DNA of 64,000 nt from Eledone cirrhosa (lineage: Eukaryota), in assembly GCA_964016885.1 (NCBI GenBank), contig OZ024740.1, positions 196,912,001 through 196,976,000 on the forward strand. Direction: 5' to 3'. Of this stretch, positions 25,111-38,156 are shown piece by piece; the first letter of the stretch is position 1; each line of letters opens with the position of its first letter. The notes under the pieces were generated by a model. The model was given only the letters and a program-made list of their open reading frames with translations, searched no databases and was not told where the DNA came from. A program made the position numbers and the translations under genes.

Positions 25111-27895
25111 CTTGCCATATGCTATTTTCCCCGGAACGTTTATGATTATATGGCACACTCTTGATAGTATTTACGATTCGTTTCACTTCTCGACCACCAT
25201 ATATATTTTTGTTTTCATAGAGGAAATTTGTTTCTTGTAAGCTGTGATTTTATGGTGCCTTTCATGCACCTTACGCTTACTCACCGTTTCACACATGCGT
25301 ACTCTCTAATTACTCCTTCATCCATTCACAAACACTCACTCGTTCGTTTAATGTTTTGATTATTACCACGTTTCGATTTAAGAGAAATTTACATTTCTTT
25401 CGTTTTTACTTTTATATTCAAAGTAGGAGGCTGCTTTTTAGTTTTCTTCTTTGACACGTGAATACCTCGTTGTTTGTTTCTCACTCTTTCCTTATACCGG
25501 ACACTCTCCTTTGAAATATGTTACTCATACTACAACTCCCATTTTAACTTCTCGCTTTGATACGTAGAGTGATGTTGGTTTCTTCTCACCTTATTCTGTT
25601 TCCATACATAATACTCAGAGAGAAAGAGGGAGTGCGAGAGAGAGAGAGAAAGAAAGAAAAAGAGAGAGGGGGTGTTGTGTATAGAGTTATCAGTAAATAT
25701 CTGTACACTCGACTGTAATAAACAAGCTGGCTGTTCCAGTAATTGTCCCAGATAATACTACTGTTATTGTTGCTGAAGGTCACTTTCCCCATCCAAACAA
25801 TAATAATAATAATTTAATCGTATAAGGCTTATATCTTTTTCATTAGAGTTAATAATAAATTATGATACTAACTTAATCATTTTAAACTACGAATGTTTTA
25901 CAGAACTGCACGAGTTATGCAATTCCAATAAAACCGGCAACCTGTATACAAGTGCATTTGTCATATACTTCGCTAATCGAAATAAATATTTTGCATTTTA
26001 TTTTCGCACTCAGTAGGTTGATATAAAACAATTTGTTGATTTATGTGCAACTTTGGCATGTAAATATATATTATGAGCATTTTTTCGCTATTTAAAATGC
26101 CGTTGGAAGCATCAAAAGCAGAGTTGAAATAAAGTGGGAGGGAGTGAGTAAACAGGATAGATCCACCGAAAACATAGCAATTAGTCAACAGCTACAGTTT
26201 GTTTACTGAGCAAGAAATACTAAAAAAAGCCGGTTGAATTTACTGATTAATTTTGACTAATATCTGTAAAACCTTCGATTTATAGACAGAAAATGTGAGC
26301 TAATTAAAGCAAGAAAAATTAGATCTTGTCGAAAAGAAAAAAAAAGGTTCTGAAAGCGAGTGGAGTAAAAATATATGGAATATTTATGCTTGCTTCACCA
26401 AATCCACCGGATGACAACTTTGGCAACAACATAGCAGTCACGAAGACTGTTGAGGCGGCATTTCTAGCCCTCAATTATATTGACCCCATATTTTACCAAT
26501 GAGAAACAAGATAATGTTTATTGGTGCTCTATGATTTATGTATGGTTACAGAAAAACAAAACAACAAACTATAAATTGTAACTAATTGAAAAACAAAAAC
26601 AATAAAATATATACACAACCTGATTTACTCAAAAATAAGACAACGCTTGAAGATTTGGGGAAAATATTCAGAATTGACAGTAAGTTCGATAGCAATCGAT
26701 AAATACACACAGAATTTTTTTTCTTCTTTTAAAGCTTATTTTAATTGTTCCTCATTTAACCACCAGAAGTGAGCTAATTTGGCTTAGAATATTTTTTTTA
26801 CGAACACTGGGCATTCAGTAATCCGGTGTCTTGTAATTATCACTAAGCCTTGAAGTTTATCCGTTACAAACATTTCTAAATACGGTTCTATTCTTTTTTA
26901 CTCTGCCGATGCCAAGTTGTTTTTCTACACCAAACAACATAACAGTGCTGTTATTATTTTTAAAAATAAGGAACAAAAACATTTGATACTCATTTTTTTA
27001 CGCACATCGCTTCCCTAATATATCGGGTCTTAACTTTTGTCGTATATCGGGTCTTAACTTCTGAAATCAAAACAACTTATTTTAATAATTTTTATTATTA
27101 ATTATTTTTTAGAAAAAAGTTTTTCTTATTAAAAGTCTTGATTTAATTGTATTAATTTGAGTGTTGCAATTTGCAATTTTTTATTTTCATCAGAAATCCA
27201 TAAGTTTTCACTATCGGTTGTTATAATTTATCTCTAACCATAATAGCCAACATTAACAACAATAACACGAAGTTGGCTCTATTTCTAAACACCGGGATTG
27301 TCATTAATAAATCACACTTGTTAACTGTCGATGTGTACGTGTGTGTGTTCTAGTGACAGGCAGCTCTTGTATTTGGCCACCATCGACATCTAGGTCAACC
27401 AACAACACCACCTCTTCGTTTTAGATCACTCATTTATTTTTATCACTCTACCTCAATTTACATTTCACTCAGCCTCTCGTTCATTAGAGCAGTTTCTCCC
27501 TCACAGACTTCTGTCTATAATTTCACTTCTGGTATCTACTCCGATTTGGATTCGGTTATTTTGGATATTTTCAATACAAACACTGCAAGTTGATTACCGA
27601 CCAAAGAACCAATTTTCCTCCATTACCGAAAAATCTTTACTGTATACAAACAGCACGGTACGATATAGTCTTAAGTTACAGTTATATATTTACTACTGAC
27701 ACAAAAACGAAGACGAGTCTTTTTGATAATCATTTAGGGGCCAAATAAACAGACATAATCTTTACAAATGGAGTGAACGTGTGTGTATGTATATAAACAC
27801 AGATATACATGTAAATAGAGCGATAGATGTATACTAATATACGTGTAGCCGTATATATATGTGATGAGATGCCGGCTTGGTGACCCCGATAGCGA

Positions 27896-27987
27896 CCAAT
27901 GACGTCAGTGTTGACTGAGAAACTGACCAATAACAACACAAGGAGTGCACGCGTCAACGAATCATTTAGCAGTATTTTGAGCACGTG
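27896..27987. promoter_or_regulatory. Candidate promoter motif cluster (CCAAT, CRE, E-box) upstream of the ZNF704-like gene
   Basis: CCAAT 27896-27900 overlaps a perfect CRE TGACGTCA 27900-27907; second CCAAT 27927-27931; CGTCA 27952-27956; CACGTG 27982-27987. Lies in the repeat-poor interval between the two divergent genes. Confidence 0.45.
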
Positions 27988-29380
27988 GCTTTGTTGGGGG
28001 TAAGTGGAGCTCCACCCACTACTCTTAGAACCAAAACAAACCGGTGAACCTCCAACTACAGAGAGAGGACCTAAGTTGTTTATAATTGTCTAAGACTACT
28101 GGACCACCGTGTAAAAAAAAATGAAAAAATAAGGGAGAAAAATCTATCTCGAAAAAGATTCTGGATTTAACCTTCAAGCAACTAATTTATTTAGTTGGAT
28201 ATTATTATATTTTTTGCGGGTATTAGTTATTTGCTATTGATGTTGACTTTTTCTTAACCTGTTCTATTGCTACGGTCACTGTTGGCCATCGTATTTTCGA
28301 CATTGCTATCAAAAGCTTTCTGTTTTTAATGACATTTATCTATCTGATTAGGTCTTAAAGTAAACTGTCTTATTATTACCACTACTTCAACTCGAAACAA
28401 AAACAAAAAAAAAACAAAAAAATTGCGTCAATATACATTCATGAAAGTAGGTACAAATTTTCATATTAATTGATTTTTTACATTGCTGTGTTTGTTTATA
28501 TCAATATTGATCGATTAAGAGTGAATTCTACCTCGAGAATAAGTGACACACTCATAACTTTACCCCATACCCCAACCCTACGGGTATTCTTTTGCTGTTT
28601 CGAAACATCAAATTGCTTATTTTCTCAAGTTAATATCGGCAGTCGGAGTCATTATTATTTTTCTCTGTGTCCTGGCACCATTCCTTAACTATTACGAAAA
28701 TCTGTTGCCGTTTTAGTTCCCGGTTTTTCTTTCTTCTTATTTTCTTACTATTGCTATCGTGTCGTATTTCTTCCCCCAATGACAACACATCACGATCTGG
28801 AGAAAACATGAAACTGTTTACTTAAAGCCGACAATTACACAATTCTATAAAGAGGGGGTATCAAAAGGAAGACTGTACACACACACACACACACACACAG
28901 CTCTTCCCACTCTCCACTGAATTTCTCTCCAACAAAACAGGCTTACAAATGTAGTTGATAAACCAAACAGGCTTTCTCTACCTGAAGCCTATCACAGAAA
29001 CATATCTGCCAAAAATAACATACCACAAGTATTTCCCCACCATAAACAACCGGCAGGTTTTTTTATTTGGTAATTTTCTTGCTTTTTTTCTTTTTTCTTT
29101 CTGTACTAAAACGAAATCAACACAGTTATAGTAGTTGATCTATTAAAAGTTAAAAAAAAAAATTTAAAAGAGTTTGTTGATATATTTTTTACTCGAGGAA
29201 TATACTATAAACTTATAGAAAGTTTAATTTGTCAAATCACAATCGTTTACAACATTGTTTTCTTTTTGAAATTGAGCTCTTTTAAAAAAATTTACTAAAT
29301 TACTTTCTGCAATTCACATTTCGAAAAATTGCACGTTCTATCGAAATTGTTTTAAAGTAAAACTAGAAAAAATATAAATC

Positions 29381-29985
29381 ATGTTTGGAAACAGACGTTT
29401 GGCGAAACGGTCGATCGTCGGCACCAAAATTAGTGCTGCTTGTCAAGATGGCCGGTTCTATACTGGGGTCATTCAGGCTGTTCGGTCATCGCCTGATATG
29501 GGAGAAACTATTGACACCAGTAGAATGAACTCTGACTACAATAACATCAACGCCCAGCTAGCTTCTGGCCGGTCATCAATGACAGCCGGCATGTCGCCGG
29601 CTTCTTCTTACTGTGTCAAATTCGAAAACGGACTTATTCAGGAAGTTGACTCAAAGAACATAATTGGGCCTGGCTTTCAAGCCATGTCTTCTGTACATTT
29701 ACTTGAAGGACAAAAAGTATACATAACTCTAAATGGACGAGAAGTAAATGGACAGGTTCAGAAACACGAGCCGCTCACTAATGAAGTGACAATTTGGGTA
29801 AAATCTGCCAACAGTTGTGATGTGTTGGAAATATCAAAAAAACTGGACGATGTCCGCTTATTGGAGAGCAGGAAATCTGCTCGTCTTGTTGATCAAGATC
29901 AGGACTATTCAAAACTGGCAGATTTTCAGCCTGAAATCAAGAAAAGAGCTGTTTCCCTTAATATTGAAGTTCCATTAAAACATTC
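29381..29985 (+). CDS. ZNF704: ZNF704/ZNF395 (SLC2A4RG/GLUT4EF) family zinc-finger transcription factor, first coding exon
   Basis: Clean 201-codon ORF starting aaatcATG, with N-terminal RLAKRSIVGTKISA...DGRFYTGVI...IIGPGF...GQKVYITLNGRE...VRLLESRKSARL, typical of invertebrate ZNF395/704 N-termini. Ends at donor TC|GTAAGT (phase 2). Downstream exons were not found in the window. Confidence 0.85.
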
Positions 29986-31322
29986 GTAAGTTGTATCTTT
30001 CTCTTTACATCGTATCGTGTTGCTTGCTCTGTTGCTATTATTAGTTAGATGGTAAGGGCGGTAGAGTAGCAGAATTGGTAGAGTGTCGAACAAAATGCCT
30101 TACGGTATTTCGTTGCGTCCCTTTACGTTTTCAGTTCAAATCCGGCCTAGGTCGGTTTAACCTTTCATTTTCTTATTTAAATTCCCCGCAAATGTGTGAC
30201 CCATTGCCTAATTTAAAAAATTCGCTTGATCGCAAATAACAATACTAAAAACGTTGTTTGTTTAATTTTGACTTGAATTTGTGTCTATTATTAACATTGT
30301 CACAACCCCAAGGACTAAGTCTTCTGAATTATTTGTGACACTCCTTCTAATAATGTCTGTTAATTTTCAAAACCTCATTTTAATTACTGTGAAGCCTCAT
30401 AATAAAAATTTTTTTTTTCGCCAGGCGATGTAGTTTACTGACTAACCCACATTTAATCTATATATATACTTATTGTGTATATAGAACATTTATGTACATT
30501 GAATAATTACAATAAGTGTATTTTGTATGCATGATAGTTTTGTGATATGTATTTTTTTTTAAATGTATTTAAAAAAACGTAATTACATTTTTGTAAACAA
30601 ACGTCTTCTCAAGCAAGTGTGTGTGCGCGCGCGCACGGATACACACACACACACACAAGCATATGTATGTTTATGTTGTATTATTTACAAATCCCGTCGA
30701 GGTTAACTTTGCCTTTCATCCTTACGGGGTCGATAAAATAAAGTACCAGTAATGTACTGAGTAATTGCTGGTCTTGTGCCAAAAGTAGAAACAATTATTT
30801 ATAGAATCAATAATAGCCAACTTGTCAAAGGCAACTATGGTAGCTATATAACGGAGAACTGTATTTCATTGACAGTTTGATCTGCCAATAGCTTCCTTCA
30901 GTATTGTCATTTAATACGGTTGACACCTTCGCTATCGCCTATCTTGTTTATTGAACTACCTCTGACAACCTACATTTTTATTGAGGGTAGCGGATACGTG
31001 TATGCGGCAATAATGGCTTTGCTAAGTGTCAGTGGCCCGGCTTATATTCCTATAAAGAACTTATTTATTCCATCTCCAGCTTACTATATTCCCTTTCTTT
31101 AAAATCCAAGGTTCCATTTACAAAATCGATTTTTCTTTTGGTATGTTTTATGTAAGTATATTTGCGCTAATTCAGATATTCACAGGAACGTACGCATGTA
31201 TGTATACAGTCTACTGTGTGTTGTATATATTCATATTGTTATTTCTAGTTTTGATTTTATTTTAACGTAAACATCTATTTTACTCTTTCAAGCGCGCGCG
31301 CGCACACACACACGCACGCACG

Positions 31323-31354
<32 letters not shown>

Positions 31355-34300
31355 TAATGTAGAAAAGTACAACAAATACTCATTAAATTCTGCTGGAAAA
31401 GGGGGCAGTACTTTATCTGAAAAAAATACACCCACCCTTTTTAAATATACTGACAGTTAGTGTTGATTTACAAGGGTCCCGGGGATGATAACATCTACAG
31501 CCTTTATAAAAATAGAAATAAGTGATAGGATTGCAGAAGCAAACTCAGACATTTCCTCAGTAAGTTTTGTGGGAAGAAGACGTTTCATGCGTTATTCCTC
31601 TTAATATTACTCAAGGTGGGTTATCGGTAGTAGATATAATAGATATAGATGTTCAGTGTTAACTGAAGCAAAATCTCAACAAGCAACGACAGCCACAGTT
31701 CATAGAGTCATTGAGCTTACAAAGCACCTTTGCTAGGGTCAGTCATGAGTAGGTTGCGTATTTTGTGTGATGTTCGACAAGTCTCAGGGCATCTTCCAAG
31801 TCCTACATACACGCTTTAGTGAGTTCGTGAATCCAGGTCGATAAGTCGATGTTTTTTTTTGTTTTTTTTTTGCGATTTGCTATAAGGGTTAAGCATTGTG
31901 CCTTTCATTTTATATGTTGCTCCACACTCGCAGTGAGGACAGAACATTTAACCTCTCTCAACTCCGCTCTCTAAATTTCCAGTGACTGCATCATTAGTAG
32001 AACACTCTGATAAAGAACTTTCTTTTTTCATTGCACTTTATCTTTATTGTCAACCTTACACTTGCCTTGCTTAATATCTTAAATAAATAGCTTAACTGCC
32101 GTCAACAGGTTTTCCTACCTTGGAACTCTTGTCATTCAAGCAGAACTTCCTGATGTAGAGATCAATGCGCTCACATGAAGCAAGTCAGCCACTACCTTTG
32201 GAAGACAATGCACTCGCGCAACGAATAATCAAAACCTGTCCATCCACATTAGAGCAGGTTTTATGTGGTCTATGTTCTCTGTGAAATATCATCTACGGTT
32301 TTGAGAGTTGTTCTAAATATCGTAAGCTCATTGCAAACCACCTTATTTATCTGCGAGCGATCTTTGACAACACTCGAATAAGTATGTACCAAATTCACGC
32401 AGTGCTCGTTGTCTTCACTGGAGTACGATTTCCAAGCCCTTGGCACAAAAACTAATGGGAAGCTGCTGGTACAGAGAAATGTCAATCTGGAATGAAAAAC
32501 TAATTAATTGTTATTTGTTGAAAACTATGAAATATGGCAACCGTATATGAGTGCTGCTAGGATAGAATAGGCTATATAAGTTCTTGTTTAGACACCGATA
32601 TGAGGTATGTAAGACTACATTATCTTATGTTTCATGAGGGAGATTTAGCTGTTATTTCCAGCAATTCGAGCAACCACTCATAGGCTCGTTTATTGGCTCG
32701 ATATTAAGTTGTAGAAATTGTAGTAGGAAAGAAGTGATTCCAGCCGAGGATTGAATCAAAGTTACAGTTTTGGTTTTCTTCCCCACAGAAAACCAGTTCC
32801 ATTTCCTTCATTTAAGAATTCGTCTAAAAGTTTTCTCGAACGGATTATACAGTGAAGGAAACAGAACTAGTCCTGTAAAAGGCATTATTTTAATTAACAA
32901 ATATATCCACTACACTTTATGTATTGAGTACTTTGCCTTAAACTGTTGTCCTCATCGTTTTTTAACTTTAAAATAGTAACATAAACAATTATATATATTT
33001 GTATCGTTAGAAAATAATTGGACTCTTTGCAGCCTAAGCTCAACAGAGTTGTGATAATATCCGCCCCGAACTATGTGGTATAGGGAAAGTAGCGTTTTAT
33101 GCAGGGTGCTTTCTATTAATCCATAAAGCAACAAAGCCGAGATGTTTTTATTATATAGTCACCCACTACATCTCAATGTTAATCTAATTTTTAGCATTAC
33201 ATGTCAACATACAACCTTGATAAATGAGTATTTGTTTACAAAGTGATGTGTGTGTGTAAGAAAGTAACATTGTTCCTTCCTAGTGCATCGACTGCCGGCA
33301 AGTTATTGGTGAACAGTCCGCAAATTCGGTATCGATTCACAGTTAAACCGCTTCATTTATAATTCCTGACACTTTTTGGAAAGGTATTAATGAAATAACA
33401 ATTTATATCTATCTACACTCTATTAAATTTTAGGCTTCATACTTAAGTAAAAAAAAAAATTATATATATATATGTGTGTGTATGAGAGAGAGTTGTTATT
33501 GTTTATAACCAGGCCAGTCTTAATCGAGTAAACCTATGATGAAAGGCATTCCCATCCGTGACCGTTCCGTCGTTTTACTGGGTATCTATGGAACCATATT
33601 ATCCAATGAGTCCGTCTCTCTCTCTCTCTCTCTCGTGGTAGAGTTTAATTTGAGAGATTTGATTACTATTTCTAGCTGAATGAGCGACTGTGTAGAGGCG
33701 CCCAGAACTAGAATAGGGCTATGTTTATGTGCGAACGTGATTGCTTCAACACTTGTTACTTTGACAATCGTTTCCTGGGCGTCACGGCGGCTTATAAACG
33801 AGAGTATCACTTTTAGTAAACATTTGTTCTTAATTTATCGATTCCGATGTGTAATAAAAAATGATTTTTTTAAAAATCCAGTCAACCGCCGATGAAATTA
33901 AACCGAATATCAATAGATCAGTCGATAGGATAGCTAACACCTCTCAATTGCAAAATCGCCATATTTTGACTAAAAAAAGTTTTACCATTTCAAATTGTAA
34001 AGGACTTTAAAGTTTTTCTTGAGTTTAGGGACTCCTCAGACTGTGGAACTTATCCCGGTTTCATGCGGCGTTAAGAGACTGAGAGTACAAGACTTTCCCA
34101 AACACCCCACCTCCTAGACGGAAAGCCAGCCCGTCACAAGGTTAACCCCATCCCCTGGGTGTATCGCCAGCCTGTCGTAAGGTTAACCACCCCCAGCTGC
34201 TGCTGAGATTCATTGTCAACTGTGTGGATTAGGGCAACGTGAAACGAAGTACCTTGCTCAAGGGAACAATGCCTTCCTCCCTCCTTTCGAGCCCGGAAGT

Positions 34301-36722
34301 AATGAATGCCAAAGCCGACCCCTGCAGAATTTGAAATCAGGACGTAATGAGACGTAGTTAACAATATAACTAACTATACTACTACCGATATGTAACTGAT
34401 AGAATATAAAAAAAAACGTATAGAAATTAACTTGCCCATTGACAAGCAATCCTCTCTCTGTCCACCCAGCTTTCAAATCAGATACCGTACCCGTCACCAG
34501 AGTAATAATTGTTTCTACTTTTGGCACAAGGCCAGCAATTATTTCAGTACATGACTGGTATTTTATTTTATCGACCCCGTAAGAATGAAAGGCAAAGTTA
34601 ACCTCGGCGGGATTTGAACTCAGAATGGCAATGGCCGTAACTCTATGCTGCAAAGCATGGCGTCCGACCCTCTACCGATACTGCCAATCCACCGTCACCA
34701 GAGTAATAATACTACTAAAGTGTCAATCTAATTAACTATATCTTTTCTCCACGAAGTGTGTGTGACGTTGTGCCTGTATTAGACTTCCCCCACCCTTTCT
34801 CCTCGGAAAAGAAAAAAAAATGTATAGTATTATTTATAGTGCTGATGAAATTTTTTATTTGGTCTCCATGTTTGTGCCATTAATGTGAATGTGCGTGTGT
34901 TTTGTAATGGAAGTAGTAGCTATTGCATATTGTAATCCTCGTAGTGCTGGTGGTGCAGTTGGTGTTGATACTAGAACGATTAGCTGTAGCAGTGGAAGAG
35001 GTGGGGATGGTAGTTTTGTTGTTGATACTAGTCCTATGGTAATAATGGCAGTGGTACTAGCAGCGGCATATTAGTAGCAGGTGGTACTGAGGAGCAGATA
35101 CAGTTAGTGCAGTTGTTTAGTATCATCAGGTCGTTGACCCTTGTCGAAAGGATATTTATACTATCAAAAGGGTTTTGGGGTGATATTCATTTTTTCTTTT
35201 TTTCTTTTGCGACAGCGGGGTGTTATTTGAAAGAGTAGTGATGGCGTTGGTGGTGGTATTACTAATAGTAGAGTAGTTTATTATATCGCTCTTGGCAAAA
35301 TCGATAGAGTATCGGACATAGTACAATTGCAGTATTTAGTTTCGATCGATTACATTCCGAGTTCAAACCCCGTCAAGTGTGACTTTGCCTTTCACCTCTC
35401 CGATATCGATGAAATACGTACCAGTAAAATACTGAGTTGATTCCCATTTACCTTATTTTTCGGACATTTTGAAGAAAAAACTTTGGGAAAGTTATAGTAA
35501 CATTTAAGAGTTTTATTTTGTCATATAGGACGCAGGCTAATTTTGACATTAAACTTTTTGGTGGAAAAAAAAGCAACAACAAACAAACAAACAAAAAACA
35601 GGCATCTTAGACAGGGGCACGAAATCCCACAAAACAAAATTGTGACCTTGCGCCAAAATTAGAAATTATTGCGTCCGTGTTGTTGCTTAGCCATCGGTCA
35701 GCCCTAACTGAACAGACATATGGTCAAAAGTGTTGCTGATGTGACTAGGCTGTTTTTTTTTTTTTTTTTTTTTTTTGTGTGTGTCTAAGATCACATTTCC
35801 GAATGTGGGTTTAACTGCTATTTCTAGAAGGTCGAGCGACCGCATCAAAGCTACTTCGTTGACGTTGGCTCTAGTGTAATGTGTGCGTGCACACTTTATA
35901 TATGAGAGAGTGATTGCAGCTGAGAATAGAAACCTAGTCCTATGGCTAATTGGGTTTACTGAGAGCCTAGCGGTTCTCTCGTCACTGCTGATATAAATAG
36001 AATCTTGATAGTTTGACAGGAACGATAAAACGCTGGACCCGAAAATAGTTCGTTTTATTTAGTTATGCCCCTTTACGTTTTGATTTCTAATCCCCGACGG
36101 AGTTGACTTCACCGAAAGGAAAAAAATTGTTTCGAACTGTAAAGTAAAAGTAACTCGTAGCAGACTGAATTATCATGTAGATCCTCCTACGTAGGGTCGA
36201 GGATTAATTACATGTAGACTTTCACCCTTCCGGACCGAGTTTGATTCCTGAACTTGGTTGTGTGTTGTGTTCTTCGGCAAAACATTTCACTTCACTTCAC
36301 TCAGCTGAAAATGAGTACCAGCAGTAGCTAGGGGTTTAACCTTACGACGGACTGGCGTCCTGTCAAAGTGGGAGTCTTGTACTCTCAGTCGCTTAACGCC
36401 ATGGAAACCAGGATAAGGACCGGCCTGTTCGAGACAGACTTTAGAGACTCCCGGTCCGAGTTTAATAAAATAAGTAACCATCAAAGTAAGTATTGGGGTC
36501 GATTCAGTCGAATCCCCTCTAAAAGGAAGCATTGTTGTTGTTATTGTCATTGTTGATGATGACTGTGTGGGTGTGATGTGGTGTTGTAACAACCAGTAGT
36601 TACTCCTAGATATATCTCAAGGTACCCAGTTATAAGATATTAATATGAACAGCTGTAGTTGCGGAGGTGGTAATGTACTGGGTAATTGCTGGCCTTGTGC
36701 CTAAAATAGAAACAATTATTAA

Positions 36723-36906
36723 TTGGCAGTATCGTTAGAGAGTCGGATGCTATGCTTTGCAGCATAGAGTTATGGCCCGTTATGATCTGAGTTCAAATCC
36801 CGCCGAAGTTAACTTTGCCTTTCAGCCATACGGGGTCGATAAAATAAAGTACCAGTAATGCACTGAGATAATTGCTGGCCTTGTGCCAAAAAGTAGAAAC
36901 AATTAT

Positions 36907-36907
<1 letters not shown>
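36723..36907 (+). mobile_element. tRNA-derived SINE (abundant family)
   Basis: B-box GTTCAAATCC at 36791-36800, body TTTGCCTTTCA..GGGGTCGATAAAATAAAGTACCAG, then a (TAC)n tail. Related copies at 3505-3700, 30056-30170, 30690-30800, 34505-34690 (-) and 39600-39712 (-). Confidence 0.8.
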
Positions 36908-36940
<33 letters not shown>

Positions 36941-37231
36941 GCGAGAGGCCACCAGCACTGTTGAAAGTCTGAAAACTGAAACACCAAGAGTTTCTGGAAT
37001 ATTGTTACTGTATTAGTTAGTTAATAGGATCAACAATACTGGTGGTGATGGTGGTGATTGCGCGGTAACGACAGCAATAGTAGTAATTGGGAGAATGGTG
37101 TTGGTGGTGTTGATGTTTAGTAGTTCTACAGCTATTGCTTGGGATGTCAGTACCAACAGTGTGTGCGTTAATATATATTGACGTATATTATGTTTTCTAC
37201 ATACACATGACTATTTGTAATTTCATCGTAA

Positions 37232-37264
<33 letters not shown>

Positions 37265-37683
37265 ATATAATAAAGAGAGATAAACACAGATATATACATA
37301 TATGTGTTCAAATCATGAGGGACCAGATTCGCTAGGGTGAGCTATTTCAATTGTAAGGGTCTATTCTGAGTTTGTAACTCAATATATACTTTTGATATAT
37401 ATGATCGTTATCAGGTATTTTGTTTTAAATTTTTTATTAAGTTTAATAAGATACTTAACGAATTATGTAATCTTACTTTCAGTGTAGATTGTCTCTAGTT
37501 CTAAGTTTTGATATGTCTCAGTGCACACATGTGTGTATGAATATATTTCAATCACATTCTTATAATGATTAAGGCTCGATTTTATTCTCTGAATTCTATC
37601 TTGAGCTGTTTTTAAAGACAAGACATATGTTTGATTTTGTATCATTCATGACACCCTTTACTTTGAAAGTAATAATAATAATA

Positions 37684-38156
37684 ATTGTTTCTACTTTAGG
37701 CACAAGGCAGCAATTACCCAGTGCATTACTGGTACTTTTATTTTATCGACCCCGTAAGGATGAAAGGCAAAGTCAACCTCGGCGGGATTTGAACTCAGAT
37801 CGTAAAGGGACGTAACTATGCTGGAAAGCATGGCGTCCGACCCTCTACCGATACTGCCAAGTAATAATAATAATAATAATTGTTTCTACTTTAGGCACAA
37901 GGCCAGTAATTACTCAGTGCATTACTGGTACTTTATTTTATCGACCCCGTAAGGATGAAAGGCAAAGTCAAAATAATAATTGTTTCTACTTTAGGCACAA
38001 GGCCAGCAATTACCCAGTGCATTACTGGTACTTTATTTTATCGACCCCGTAAGGATGAAAGGCAAAGTCAACCTCGGCGGGATTTGAACTCAGATCGTAA
38101 AGGGACGTAACTATGCTGGAAAGCATGGCGTCCGACCCTCTACCGATACTGCTAAT
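37684..38156 (-). mobile_element. Tandem cluster of three near-identical SINE copies (two full, one partial)
   Basis: AATTGTTTCTACTTTAGGCACAAGG starts near 37684, 37878 and 37978, separated by (AAT)n. A further partial copy is at 38583-38682. Confidence 0.85.

Noticed and set aside
25111-25158. Longer N-terminus from the ORF track (MCHIIINV...)
   Set aside because: It starts at GTG; the first ATG with good context is at 25110.
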